Positions 50,381-59,704 of a stretch of DNA of 64,000 nucleotides are shown piece by piece. The notes beneath the pieces were generated by a model, which saw only the letters and a list, made by a program, of their open reading frames with translations, did no database searches and had not been told where the DNA came from. Numbering within the stretch: the stretch's first letter is position 1; each line of letters opens with the position of its first letter. The translations under genes and the position numbers were made by a program. This DNA is from Lachnospiraceae bacterium UBA1748 (GTDB lineage: Bacteria; Bacillota; Clostridia; Lachnospirales; Lachnospiraceae), in the NCBI GenBank assembly GCA_002314855.1, contig DCHQ01000039.1, positions 70,726 to 134,725 on the forward strand. The letters run 5' to 3'.

Positions 50381-51808
50381 ATGTTTACATCGATTTATTT
50401 TTTGATTTTTTTAATATTAGTCTGGTTAATATACCTCTTTTTACCAGGTAAGATGCGTGAAGGATATTTGCTTCTAGCAAGTATTCTTTTTATTGGTTAC
50501 ATTTCCTTAAACGCACTTATGGCAGTGGCCGTAACCTCTATACTAGTTTATGGTTGTGGAAGATTTATAGAGAAGGCTAAAAAAACAGGAAAAAGTGGTA
50601 AAGGCATAGCGATTATTGGTATTTTAGTATTCGCTTGTCTTCTTGTAGTTATTAAAAATATACCATGGGCCATTAAGTTTGTTGGTGGAATGGGCCTTTC
50701 TGAGGATCATTTACTTCGTAGACTTTTGCTACCAGTTGGTTTTTCGTTCTACTCATTTCAGTCAATTGGTTATATTTATGATGTGTATAATGGCAAAGAT
50801 GAGGCGGAGCATAGCTTCATTCGATTTGCTCTTTATATGTTATTCTTCCCAAAATTCGTGAGTGGACCCATTGAAAGACAGAGTGCTTTTGGTAAGCAGC
50901 TAAGTGCTCTTAGAGATGTTAAGCTTCTTGACAGCAGTCGCTTATGGCAGGCTGTTATGTATATATTATGGGGCTATGCACTTAAACTTATAGTAGCGGA
51001 CAGGCTTGCACTTTTAGTTAATGTTGTTCATAAGATGCCTAAGGCATTCGATGTGTCGTTTCTAGTTATATGTACTATATTCTATAGCTTCCAGGTTTAT
51101 GCTGATTTTGCTGGTTATACAGCAATAGCTATTGGAATATCAAAGCTCTTTGGAATTAATCTGATGAGTAATTTCGAGAGCCCATACTGGTCAGCTACTA
51201 TTACAGAGTTTTGGCGCAGATGGCATATTTCACTTAGTTCATGGCTTCGTGATTATGTGTACATACCTCTTGGAGGCAATAGAAAGGGACTTCTTCGTAA
51301 ATACATTAATACCATGATCGTATTTATACTGTGTGGTATATGGCATGGAAATGGTTTGTCATTCTTTGTATGGGGCGCACTTCATGGTATTTATTCTGTA
51401 ATTGATAGATATACACTGAAAAAATGCAAGCCAGTGATAGGCAGAATCTTTACATTTATAATGGTGAGCTTTGCATGGATCTTCTTTAGAGCTGAAGCCA
51501 CCAGTGTGGCCATTGATTATATTCGAGCGATGTTTACTAATGGTTACTGGTTCAATTCCAAAAAGGGGCTATATATGAGTCTTGGTGAAAGCTTTTATCA
51601 GGTTATACTTGGATTTGTATTTATAGTTATCCTTATGATAATTGATGGTATTGCTTATAAGAAGAATAAGGCAGTTCCAGAGCTTATGAGTGAGCGAAAG
51701 CCCGTTATCAGGTACCTGATAGTATATATAGCAGTTTTAGTAATATTTATATTTGGTATATATGGCGGAACATACAATCCAGCCGATTTTATATACATGC
51801 AGTTTTAG
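50381..51808 (+). CDS. MBOAT O-acyltransferase (AlgI/DltB/PatA-like)
   Basis: PVGFSFYSFQ, SGPIER, DFAGY, FWRRWHISLSSWLRDYVYIPLGGNR, GIWHG and FIYMQF motifs. Confidence 0.95.
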   Translation: MFTSIYFLIFLILVWLIYLFLPGKMREGYLLLASILFIGYISLNALMAVAVTSILVYGCGRFIEKAKKTGKSGKGIAIIGILVFACLLVVIKNIPWAIKFVGGMGLSEDHLLRRLLLPVGFSFYSFQSIGYIYDVYNGKDEAEHSFIRFALYMLFFPKFVSGPIERQSAFGKQLSALRDVKLLDSSRLWQAVMYILWGYALKLIVADRLALLVNVVHKMPKAFDVSFLVICTIFYSFQVYADFAGYTAIAIGISKLFGINLMSNFESPYWSATITEFWRRWHISLSSWLRDYVYIPLGGNRKGLLRKYINTMIVFILCGIWHGNGLSFFVWGALHGIYSVIDRYTLKKCKPVIGRIFTFIMVSFAWIFFRAEATSVAIDYIRAMFTNGYWFNSKKGLYMSLGESFYQVILGFVFIVILMIIDGIAYKKNKAVPELMSERKPVIRYLIVYIAVLVIFIFGIYGGTYNPADFIYMQF

Positions 51809-51820
51809 CGAGGTGAGGTT

Positions 51821-52834
51821 ATGAAGAAAAAGTGGATTTTACCTATTATAACTGCATTAGTGCTGATAGTATCACTGTGGATGTGTCGCAATATCCTGTG
51901 CGTTAAGTCGCCTCATGGTATTAATCAGACCAGAGCCTTTTATTATCAGCCGGAGGACAGTATTGATGTGTTAGCGATTGGCAGTAGCCATGTGCACTGC
52001 GGAATTAATCCTGCTATGCTGTGGAATTTCTATGGAATGGCTTCCTATGATTTTAGTGCAGCTGAGCAGCCTTTATGGGAAACATATTATTATCTGGTAG
52101 AAGCATACAAGTATCAAAAGCCTAAGGTTGTAGTGCTTGATGTGTTCTCGGCGGCTATAGTTAAGGATGATTATCATTATGACTGGATGACTGAGAGCTT
52201 TTATGGAATGCGTCCGTCATTAAATAAACTGGAAATGCTTAAGGTAAGTGCTGAGGAAGAGTACTATAGATATTACATTCCTGATTTTTATATTTACCAT
52301 ACAAGATACGAGAATCTTAACAAAGAGGATTTTGCCAATATATTTGGTGGGGTAAAAGAGAAAAAGATATTCAAAGGTTTTACTCCAGGCTTTCAGAGAG
52401 CAGACCAGAGCCTTCCGTTTGGTGGCTGGAAAGAGTTTGATGATTATGGACTTAGTGCCAAGTCAGAAGAGTATCTTCGAAAGATTATTGAGCTTACAAA
52501 GGAAAATGGCAGTGAGCTTATGATAGTTGTAATACCTTACAACATGAATGAGCATGATAGGGCTACTTATGAGCAGATTGCGGCAATTGCTGAGGAGAAT
52601 TCTGTAAGATTTATTAATTATAATGATTATTTGTACGATATAGGTATAGATGTGACTTCTGATTTTAATGATCATTCGCATCTTAACTATTGGGGAAGTG
52701 TTAAATTCTCCGATTATCTTGGTCGTCAGCTCAAGGAATATTATGATATTCCAGACCGTACTGATGACCCTAAGTATTCTTCCTGGGAAGAATATTCCAA
52801 CCAATTACTAGAAAGCGTGCGTGAAAGACTATAA
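51821..52834 (+). CDS. SGNH-like partner of MBOAT (DltD/AlgJ-like acyltransferase)
   Basis: N-terminal anchor, IGSSH block I and DHSHLNYWG (DxxH) motif. Confidence 0.8.
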   Translation: MKKKWILPIITALVLIVSLWMCRNILCVKSPHGINQTRAFYYQPEDSIDVLAIGSSHVHCGINPAMLWNFYGMASYDFSAAEQPLWETYYYLVEAYKYQKPKVVVLDVFSAAIVKDDYHYDWMTESFYGMRPSLNKLEMLKVSAEEEYYRYYIPDFYIYHTRYENLNKEDFANIFGGVKEKKIFKGFTPGFQRADQSLPFGGWKEFDDYGLSAKSEEYLRKIIELTKENGSELMIVVIPYNMNEHDRATYEQIAAIAEENSVRFINYNDYLYDIGIDVTSDFNDHSHLNYWGSVKFSDYLGRQLKEYYDIPDRTDDPKYSSWEEYSNQLLESVRERL

Positions 52835-52858
52835 TAATTAGAATTGAGTAACGAGAAA

Positions 52859-54067
52859 ATGAAGAAAAACAAGAGAAGTTTAGTGGTTTTAGTGTTGGCC
52901 GTGCTTGTCATGGTATTAGTTGCCTGTGGCAAAGGAAATGGAGATACTCAGCTCACAGAGATTACACCTGGAGTTGGTACAACGATTTCGGATAATAGTA
53001 GTACAAGTCAGGATAAGGCTTTAGAGGTTTCTGCTAATGAAGCTTTGGAAGCGAATGAGGTAGATAGCGATAAGTCTGATGCTGTATCAGACAATAGCGT
53101 GTCTGATAACAGTGTATCTGATAATACAGTGTCGGATAATTCTGCATCTGATAAAGACAAAGAAACTAAAGAGACAACAGATAAAACTAAAGCCAAAGAA
53201 GTTGACCGTGATGATATAGAAGTTTTTGCCGAGGCTGAAACAATGTATGTACAGTCAGCTGCTAATATACGTAAGGGACCAGGAACTGACTATGATATAG
53301 TGGGCAGTCTAAAGCAGAACGATACTGTCGAAGTTATTGGTAAGTGCAAATCAGTAGCATGGTTTGAAATTAAAAGAGGCAATGATTCGGCTTTTGTATA
53401 TAGTGGACTTCTTGGAAAGAACGAGGTAGTGCCTGTAGTAGTTGAGGCACCGGCGGAGCAACCTTTAGCCGCAGATACGCAGGATCAGGCTGTGGCCAAT
53501 CCATCAGCTGATCAAACACAAACACAGGCGCCTCAGCCGGCAGCACCACCAGCAGTCGCACCTGTAGCAGCCAAAGGCGGTGTATTATTTATAGGTGACT
53601 CAAGAACCTGTCAGATGCAGGAAGCGACAGGTGGACGAGGAGTAGGCTGGATATGTAAATACGGTGCAAAATATGACTGGTTTGCTAATACTGCAGTTCC
53701 TCAGGCAGATGCACTTATAGGTGCAGGAACCAAGGTTGTTATATGCATGGGTGTTAATGACCCTGACCGCGTAGGTGATTATGCCAACTGTGTTAACAGC
53801 AAGATATGGGACTGGGTAGGAAGAGGAGCCAAGGTATATTATGTATCTGTTAATCCAGTAGAAGAGCCTTACATTAATGAGAAGGCAGCAGCTATAGAGA
53901 GCTTTAATTCATCAATGCCTGGAAGACTTCAGGGCGGAGTTGTATGGATAGATACCTATAGCATCATAAAGGCTAATCCAGGCGGATATCCATTCGTTGA
54001 TGGTATTCACTTTGATGCCAACTCGAATATACTGATATTTAATATGATTTATAATAGCTTACGTTAA
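52859..54067 (+). CDS. Lipoprotein with SH3b domain and SGNH/GDSL hydrolase domain
   Basis: Lipobox LVAC, ANIRKGPGTDY..VGSL (SH3), FIGDSRT, MGVND and DGIHF motifs. Confidence 0.85.
   Translation: MKKNKRSLVVLVLAVLVMVLVACGKGNGDTQLTEITPGVGTTISDNSSTSQDKALEVSANEALEANEVDSDKSDAVSDNSVSDNSVSDNTVSDNSASDKDKETKETTDKTKAKEVDRDDIEVFAEAETMYVQSAANIRKGPGTDYDIVGSLKQNDTVEVIGKCKSVAWFEIKRGNDSAFVYSGLLGKNEVVPVVVEAPAEQPLAADTQDQAVANPSADQTQTQAPQPAAPPAVAPVAAKGGVLFIGDSRTCQMQEATGGRGVGWICKYGAKYDWFANTAVPQADALIGAGTKVVICMGVNDPDRVGDYANCVNSKIWDWVGRGAKVYYVSVNPVEEPYINEKAAAIESFNSSMPGRLQGGVVWIDTYSIIKANPGGYPFVDGIHFDANSNILIFNMIYNSLR
53084..53155 (+). repeat. 15-bp coding repeats encoding VSDN(S/T) x4 plus partial copy
   Basis: VSDNS VSDNS VSDNT VSDNS ASDK, with synonymous divergence between copies. 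Confidence 0.85.
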
Positions 54068-54072
54068 TGCTT

Positions 54073-54105
54073 AGGGGTGACCACTTTAGTGCGGCTCACC
54101 CCTTT
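54073..54105 (+). terminator. Probable terminator
   Basis: AGGGGTGA...TCACCCCT followed by TTATT. Confidence 0.6.
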
Positions 54106-54119
54106 ATTATGAGTATAGA

Positions 54120-55472
54120 ATGAATAGTAATGAATTAGTTCAGACAAAAGAGAATAACGTGATTAATTGGAAAGGGGTACTGGCTACGCTTGTTAGCCTG
54201 TCAATTCCAACTGTACTTGAGGAAGTGTTATCAACTCTTATTCAATACGTTGATACTGCTATGGTTGGAAGACTTGGAGAAAAAGCAACTGCTTCAGTAA
54301 GTACCACGACTACAGTTAACTGGCTAACCTACGCACTTACAGGTGCAATATCAGTAGCGATGCTTGCAATGGCGGCTAAGGCCATGGGAGCAAAGGATGA
54401 AAAGAGACTTAAGAAACTGTCAGGGCAAGCCATTTTCCTCGGATTTTCTTCCGGTATTGTTATCGAGATAATAGCGTTAGTTTTAGCTCCATTTATTCCG
54501 ATATGGATGGGAGCAGAGCAGGATATATGGAAACCGGCAGCCACATATTTTGCAATTCTATCTACCACACTTTTTATACGTAACAGTAGTAGAGTATTTG
54601 CAGCTATGATAAGAGCTACTAAGGATACCAAAACACCTATGCTAATCAGCGTGGCCGAGAATGTGCTCAATGTTATTTTAAATGCTTTATTTATATATGG
54701 ACTTGGGTTGGGTGTCATAGGAGCGGCTATTGCATCAGCTATAAGCTATGGAGTAGGTGGCTTTGCGATGTATGTTGCATTTAGAAGGAATAAATACCTT
54801 CAGTGTTCACTTAATGATGTTAAGCCAGATGCCGAGGTGATAAAAGAATGTGTTCATATAGGACTTCCAGCTCTTGGTACTAATATTGCAAGCTGTCTTG
54901 GCTATGTGGTATTTGCAGGTATGGTATCGGGGATGGGTACCACTGTTTTTGCGGCGCATTCAATTGCAGTAGCTGCCGAGGAAATCGTATATATTCCTGG
55001 TTATGGACTTAGAGTGGCAACCAGTACACTTATAGGCAATGCTCTTGGGGAAAAGAATGAGCGTAAGCTTAATCTTACAAGAAGATTATCTGTTATTATT
55101 ACTATGATAATAATGGTCATTAATGGAGTACTTCTTTATATATTTGCATTACCTCTTATGAGTATATTTACAAGCTCAGAAAGAGTGGCGGTACTAGGTT
55201 CGGAAATGTTAAAGCTTGTAGCGTTTTCAGAGCCTTTCTTTGGGCTAATGATAGTCCTTGAAGGTGTTGCGTATGGTATGGGACGCACTAAGGGTGTTTT
55301 CATTATTGAGACCTTCAGTATGTGGTGCGTAAGACTTGTTTCGACCTTTGTCTGTGTCAAAATACTAGGATTAGATCTTTATGCAGTATGGCTGTGTATG
55401 ATAGCTGATAACATATGTAAGGCTGTGCTTCTTGCAGTTACGGTGAGACCAGGTCGGCTAAAAAGTGATTAA
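54120..55472 (+). CDS. MATE-family efflux transporter
   Basis: VDTAMVGRLG, DTKTPM, GAAIASAIS and AAHSIA motifs, about 12 TM. Confidence 0.92.
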   Translation: MNSNELVQTKENNVINWKGVLATLVSLSIPTVLEEVLSTLIQYVDTAMVGRLGEKATASVSTTTTVNWLTYALTGAISVAMLAMAAKAMGAKDEKRLKKLSGQAIFLGFSSGIVIEIIALVLAPFIPIWMGAEQDIWKPAATYFAILSTTLFIRNSSRVFAAMIRATKDTKTPMLISVAENVLNVILNALFIYGLGLGVIGAAIASAISYGVGGFAMYVAFRRNKYLQCSLNDVKPDAEVIKECVHIGLPALGTNIASCLGYVVFAGMVSGMGTTVFAAHSIAVAAEEIVYIPGYGLRVATSTLIGNALGEKNERKLNLTRRLSVIITMIIMVINGVLLYIFALPLMSIFTSSERVAVLGSEMLKLVAFSEPFFGLMIVLEGVAYGMGRTKGVFIIETFSMWCVRLVSTFVCVKILGLDLYAVWLCMIADNICKAVLLAVTVRPGRLKSD

Positions 55473-55534
55473 CTATATTTTTCTTTTTTACAAATCATTT
55501 TTTATGGTATTATATCTATAACGAGGGGCGAGTT

Positions 55535-56542
55535 ATGGAAAACCAAAAAGCGGTCAAAATGTCATATGTAGTTAATACTGTGTTATTGACTTTCGTATTA
55601 GGCCTAGCAGTTTTTTTTTATCTGTGTAACGCCGAGTCTTTAGTTATTTTTAGTATTCCAACGATTTGTGTTTATCTTATTAATTATCTTTTTATAAAGC
55701 TTAAGAAACTAGATTTCTTTGTTTGGCTTACATATTTCTGGATAACCCTATATATGAGCTATACAACTGTGGCGTTAGGCTTTAATATGGGTTTCCACTT
55801 GTATAGCTTATCTTTAATTCTTGTATTATTCTGTACTGATTATATGTCATATAAGCTTAAAGGAAGCGCAACAAGAGCAGTCCTTATAAGCTGTGGAATA
55901 GCACTTATTTATATGTGCAGTACAGCTGTTGCTATATGGAATGGACCTATCTATGAAACTCCTAAGATTTACAGCAATATTATGCTTATTTTTAATGCAG
56001 GAGTTGTTTTTGCATTTATAATTATTTATGCCAAGATACTCATCAATATGATTATAGCATCAGAAACTGAGCTTACCAGAATCGCTCATTATGATAAGCT
56101 GACAAGCTTATATAACAGGCACTTTATGATGGAGGCTTTAAAAGAGGAGTCCGACCTAGAAGGTTCATGGATAGCACTTCTTGATATCGATGATTTTAAG
56201 AATATTAATGATACTTATGGTCATAATGCAGGAGACTACGTGTTAGTTCATTTGGCGGAAATATTAAAATCGGTATGCGGTAAATGCACTATTTCGAGAT
56301 GGGGCGGCGAAGAATTTCTTGTTCTATGTAAGGATAAATCAGTAGAAACGTCTATTATGGAAAAGCTTCGTAGCGAGATATGTAAAGAACCATTTTCATT
56401 TGAAAGTACAGATATAAAGGTATCAATGACTATTGGTGTTTCTGTTTATGAAGCTAGTCGATCAGTTGATAAATGGATTCAGAGTGCCGATCAAAAGCTG
56501 TATGCAGGTAAGAATAGCGGAAAGAATGTGGTAGTTTACTAA
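55535..56542 (+). CDS. Membrane-bound diguanylate cyclase (GGDEF)
   Basis: 5-6 TM segments, DKLTSLYNR, DIDDFKNINDTYGH, RWGGEEF and GKN motifs. Confidence 0.92.
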   Translation: MENQKAVKMSYVVNTVLLTFVLGLAVFFYLCNAESLVIFSIPTICVYLINYLFIKLKKLDFFVWLTYFWITLYMSYTTVALGFNMGFHLYSLSLILVLFCTDYMSYKLKGSATRAVLISCGIALIYMCSTAVAIWNGPIYETPKIYSNIMLIFNAGVVFAFIIIYAKILINMIIASETELTRIAHYDKLTSLYNRHFMMEALKEESDLEGSWIALLDIDDFKNINDTYGHNAGDYVLVHLAEILKSVCGKCTISRWGGEEFLVLCKDKSVETSIMEKLRSEICKEPFSFESTDIKVSMTIGVSVYEASRSVDKWIQSADQKLYAGKNSGKNVVVY

Positions 56543-56650
56543 TAGGGGTTCTAAGCCGCAGCGAATAGTAAGATGTCTATCAGGGGCGTAATTTATACAA
56601 TAAGTAATTCATCTCACCATTCACTGCAATCTCATTATAAGATTTAGGTT

Positions 56651-56690
56651 AAATAAAGTCTGTTCTCATAGGGAACAGCTTTATTTTTTT
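56651..56690 (+). terminator. Rho-independent terminator
   Basis: AAATAAAG-t-CTGTTCTC-ata-GGGAACAG-CTTTATTT plus T tract. Confidence 0.8.
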
Positions 56691-56849
56691 GTTGGGAGAA
56701 TAATTTTACGCATTTTTCTAGGAATATTGAGTCGGCATTTTCCTTCTTTTAGTATTAGTGATAAAGATGCTAAAGGCCTCGTTGACGACGCATTTACTAG
56801 TGCTACAATTGAGCTAGACTTATTATTTTGCATGAAAAGGGGGATTTTT

Positions 56850-57446
56850 ATGGAGGATGAGAGAATAATTAATGCAGAGCGTTTTTCGAAAATATGGTGG
56901 CAGTCAAGATATGATGCTCATATGACTCAGGAAAAGCTGGCCCTTGGTCTTGGCGTGTCGCGTAAGACTATACAGAACTGGGAGAAAGGAATCAGCTCAC
57001 CGACACTTTTTGAAAGTATGGAATGGTTTCGGATACTTGGACTTAATCCAATGCCTTATTATATGGCATATCTTTTTCCAGAAGACGTTGGAGATATAAA
57101 AGGCAGTGATGGAGACGATAGGATAGAAAATGCGCTTTCTGTATTAGTTGATCAGCTGCCTGTTTCTGCGAAAAGACAGCTTTTATATATTTTATTTGGT
57201 AATCATGGAAGCTCGCCAACAGCCGTGCTTAATCTAATGAATGCCCATCTTCAGTGTCCGCTTAGAGACCGTATAAGTCACGCAGTGCATATTGCTGAGA
57301 ATTATGAGCTTAATGAGGCTATGGGATGCATAGTAAGACCTGATAATATTAGACCTGACGGGCAGCTTTTGCATGAATCCATAGAGTCGGCTAAGGAAGC
57401 AGTTATTAATGGAAAGAAAGGATATGTTAATCCTCAAGCTGTATAG
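56850..57446 (+). CDS. XRE-family HTH protein with uncharacterised C-terminal domain
   Basis: MTQEKLALGLGVSRKTIQNWEKGISSP HTH. ATG 56850 follows AAAGGGGG. Confidence 0.85.
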   Translation: MEDERIINAERFSKIWWQSRYDAHMTQEKLALGLGVSRKTIQNWEKGISSPTLFESMEWFRILGLNPMPYYMAYLFPEDVGDIKGSDGDDRIENALSVLVDQLPVSAKRQLLYILFGNHGSSPTAVLNLMNAHLQCPLRDRISHAVHIAENYELNEAMGCIVRPDNIRPDGQLLHESIESAKEAVINGKKGYVNPQAV

Positions 57447-57570
57447 CTATCATAATTGTAACCGAATATTATTCGTGGTATCATAAGGTATCAGTTGGGC
57501 GTAATTGTGTTTGTTTTTGTGAGAATGATGTGAGTGTTATTGCGTCAATTTTCACATTCGAGGTATTTGT

Positions 57571-58350
57571 ATGGATGTAAAAAACATGTCACAATTATCA
57601 AAGCGTTTGGTTGCAGAGCCTGATGACTATATGCATAGTCTTCGAACCAATTTATATATGTATATTGGTGAGAAAGATATTACTCTGCAGCAAATATCTG
57701 ATGAGGCTGATATTCCTATCAGTACTCTCAAAACTCTATGTTACGGTGATGCCAAGGATTGCCGTATATCTACAGTCATTAAACTGGCAAGAGTATTCCA
57801 CGTTAGTGTAGATGAATTAATTGGTGCAGGGACTATAACTAGTCAGACCTGCGAGTCGCTTCAACTTATGAGAACGCTTCCTGAGAGTTTTACGTATTTT
57901 GTCAGGTGGATTATCAGGTTTTATAGAGATATGCTTATAGCTAATCCGGTAAAAGAAAAAGCGGTAGAAGTTATGAAGGCAAGGTGCAGTGGCGATGGCA
58001 ATCTGATAGTGACGAGTGATATGGAGGTGTCAGATATATCAGATTATGCACCAGAGGTTCGTACCAAGATTTATATGGGGATTAAAATTCCTTGCGGAAA
58101 CTATGAACCATATTACTTTAGTGGTGACATTCTTTATGTTGCACATGATAGAAGGCCGAGGGAAGATGAAGCTGTTGTAGTGTGTATTGCTGGCTGCATG
58201 TGGATATTGAAGTCTAGAAGAGAAGTGATTTCTAGTGACGATAAGCGAGTGATTACCAGATACTATACGCTTCGCGATGACAAATATTTTGCCTCAGGTG
58301 ATGACATAGACAGTGTGATTGGCTATGTTGTGAAGGTTCGAAGAGGCTAA
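57571..58350 (+). CDS. XRE-family HTH protein with S24/LexA-like beta-rich C-terminus
   Basis: ITLQQISDEADIPISTLKTL...KLARVFHVSVDELIG HTH. C-terminal YEPYYFSGDILYV...VIGYV. Confidence 0.8.
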   Translation: MDVKNMSQLSKRLVAEPDDYMHSLRTNLYMYIGEKDITLQQISDEADIPISTLKTLCYGDAKDCRISTVIKLARVFHVSVDELIGAGTITSQTCESLQLMRTLPESFTYFVRWIIRFYRDMLIANPVKEKAVEVMKARCSGDGNLIVTSDMEVSDISDYAPEVRTKIYMGIKIPCGNYEPYYFSGDILYVAHDRRPREDEAVVVCIAGCMWILKSRREVISSDDKRVITRYYTLRDDKYFASGDDIDSVIGYVVKVRRG

Positions 58351-58358
58351 TACATAAT

Positions 58359-58409
58359 AAACCTCATAATCCGAGGTTGCCTGGAGTCCACGGATTATGA
58401 GGTTTTTTT
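58359..58409. terminator. Terminator between convergent genes
   Basis: AAACCTCATAATCCG...CGGATTATGAGGTTTTTTT. Confidence 0.8.
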
Positions 58410-58452
58410 GATTAGATATAAAGTTGTGTTTTGAATAAAAGAATGAATTGCA

Positions 58453-58971
58453 CTAGTTCATTAATGCGATACCAATATTAAGGTATCCTGCAAAGGTGAG
58501 CCATAGAATATAGGGCAAAGTTAGGTAGAATGCGGTTTTGGATATTTTGTGGTAGGAGAGTAACATTAGTAAAACTAATATCCAAAGGCAGATTAACCAG
58601 ATGAATGCTCCCATATATTCGGATGCACCGAAAAATATTAATGACCACACGAAGTTAAAAAACAACTGTGCCGCATATAAAAATATGCCGGCGAAGCGAG
58701 TAACTATATGCTTCGTGTCTGATATATATATTATATATGAAGCCAATCCCATAAGAATGTAAAGTATTGTCCAGGCAATTGGGAACAGCATGGCTGGCGG
58801 TGCAAGAGGCGGCTTTTTCATATCCTTAAAGGCTTCCATGGCGTCTGATGTCAGCGCACTTGCTATTAATCCGACTCCTAAAGGAATTGCCATAAATATT
58901 ATGAGTGTTAATAGCCGTCTTAGAACTCCAGGCTTAGCTATAACCTGTTCAGATGAAGAATCACTTGTCAT
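58453..58971 (-). CDS. tspO: TspO/MBR family protein
   Basis: KPPLAPP..LFPIAWTILY, QLFFNFVWSLIFF and PYILWLTFAGYLN motifs. Confidence 0.92.
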   Translation of the reverse strand: MTSDSSSEQVIAKPGVLRRLLTLIIFMAIPLGVGLIASALTSDAMEAFKDMKKPPLAPPAMLFPIAWTILYILMGLASYIIYISDTKHIVTRFAGIFLYAAQLFFNFVWSLIFFGASEYMGAFIWLICLWILVLLMLLSYHKISKTAFYLTLPYILWLTFAGYLNIGIALMN

Positions 58972-58974
58972 AGG

Positions 58975-59253
58975 CTAATCCTCCGTCATGTTCGATTCTT
59001 TGTTAATGGAATTTTTATTATTTGAATCTTTGTTATTAGAATCTTTATAATAAGATTCTTCGTTATAAATTGTTTCATCCATATAATCTTCAGGAGTTAT
59101 AATATCGTCGTAATATTTAACTGATTTGCATGGCTTGCAGGTTTTGTATGGCTTATGCTTACATAAGATTATTACCTGGACCATTCGTATAAGAATAAGT
59201 GCCGATAATATAACCCCAACAATAATTAATCCGTTGTTTCCATCTTTATTCAT
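58975..59253 (-). CDS. Small membrane protein of unknown function
   Basis: AGGAG RBS, N-terminal TM, CKPC, KDSNN-type repeats, in operon. Confidence 0.6.
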   Translation of the reverse strand: MNKDGNNGLIIVGVILSALILIRMVQVIILCKHKPYKTCKPCKSVKYYDDIITPEDYMDETIYNEESYYKDSNNKDSNNKNSINKESNMTED

Positions 59254-59288
59254 AGTAGGTCTCCTTGTTTTTCATAAAGATTATCGTG

Positions 59289-59681
59289 TTACATACACAT
59301 AACACATTCCTTTATCCATAATTCATGAAGGTTACAGTAAGCATATGCAGCTTCGAGAGAATCATCTTCTGCAATGACAAATGTTGCTTCTGGTTTGTCA
59401 CCTGGTTCGAAATGAACTCTCTGGCATCCTTTTCTTGTCTGGATACATATCCACTGAATATAATGACCGGTCTCCATAGGGTGGGTACCTGTGCCAACCT
59501 TTACTGTTACTTGGTTGCCGTTTACAGTTATTTCTGGAAGGTGCTTTTCAGACGAACCTTCAGAGGTGTTAGGTATTAACTCAAGCATATCTGCCATGCA
59601 ACACATCATAGTTAGATTAGTGTCATTAACTACATTAGTTATCTGTCCACATCTTTGACATTTAAAAAATCGTTGTTTCAT
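59289..59681 (-). CDS. Desulfoferrodoxin / superoxide reductase
   Basis: CQRCG...CC (centre I), EKHLP, HPM...HYI and YCNLH (centre II). ATG 59681 follows AAAGGAG. Confidence 0.92.
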   Translation of the reverse strand: MKQRFFKCQRCGQITNVVNDTNLTMMCCMADMLELIPNTSEGSSEKHLPEITVNGNQVTVKVGTGTHPMETGHYIQWICIQTRKGCQRVHFEPGDKPEATFVIAEDDSLEAAYAYCNLHELWIKECVMCM

Positions 59682-59704
59682 ATATAGGAACTCCTTTCGT
59701 TTGA

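Noticed and set aside
56727-56849. N-terminal extension of the first XRE ORF
   Set aside because: TTG start without an RBS. ATG 56850 has a good RBS and places the HTH near the N-terminus.
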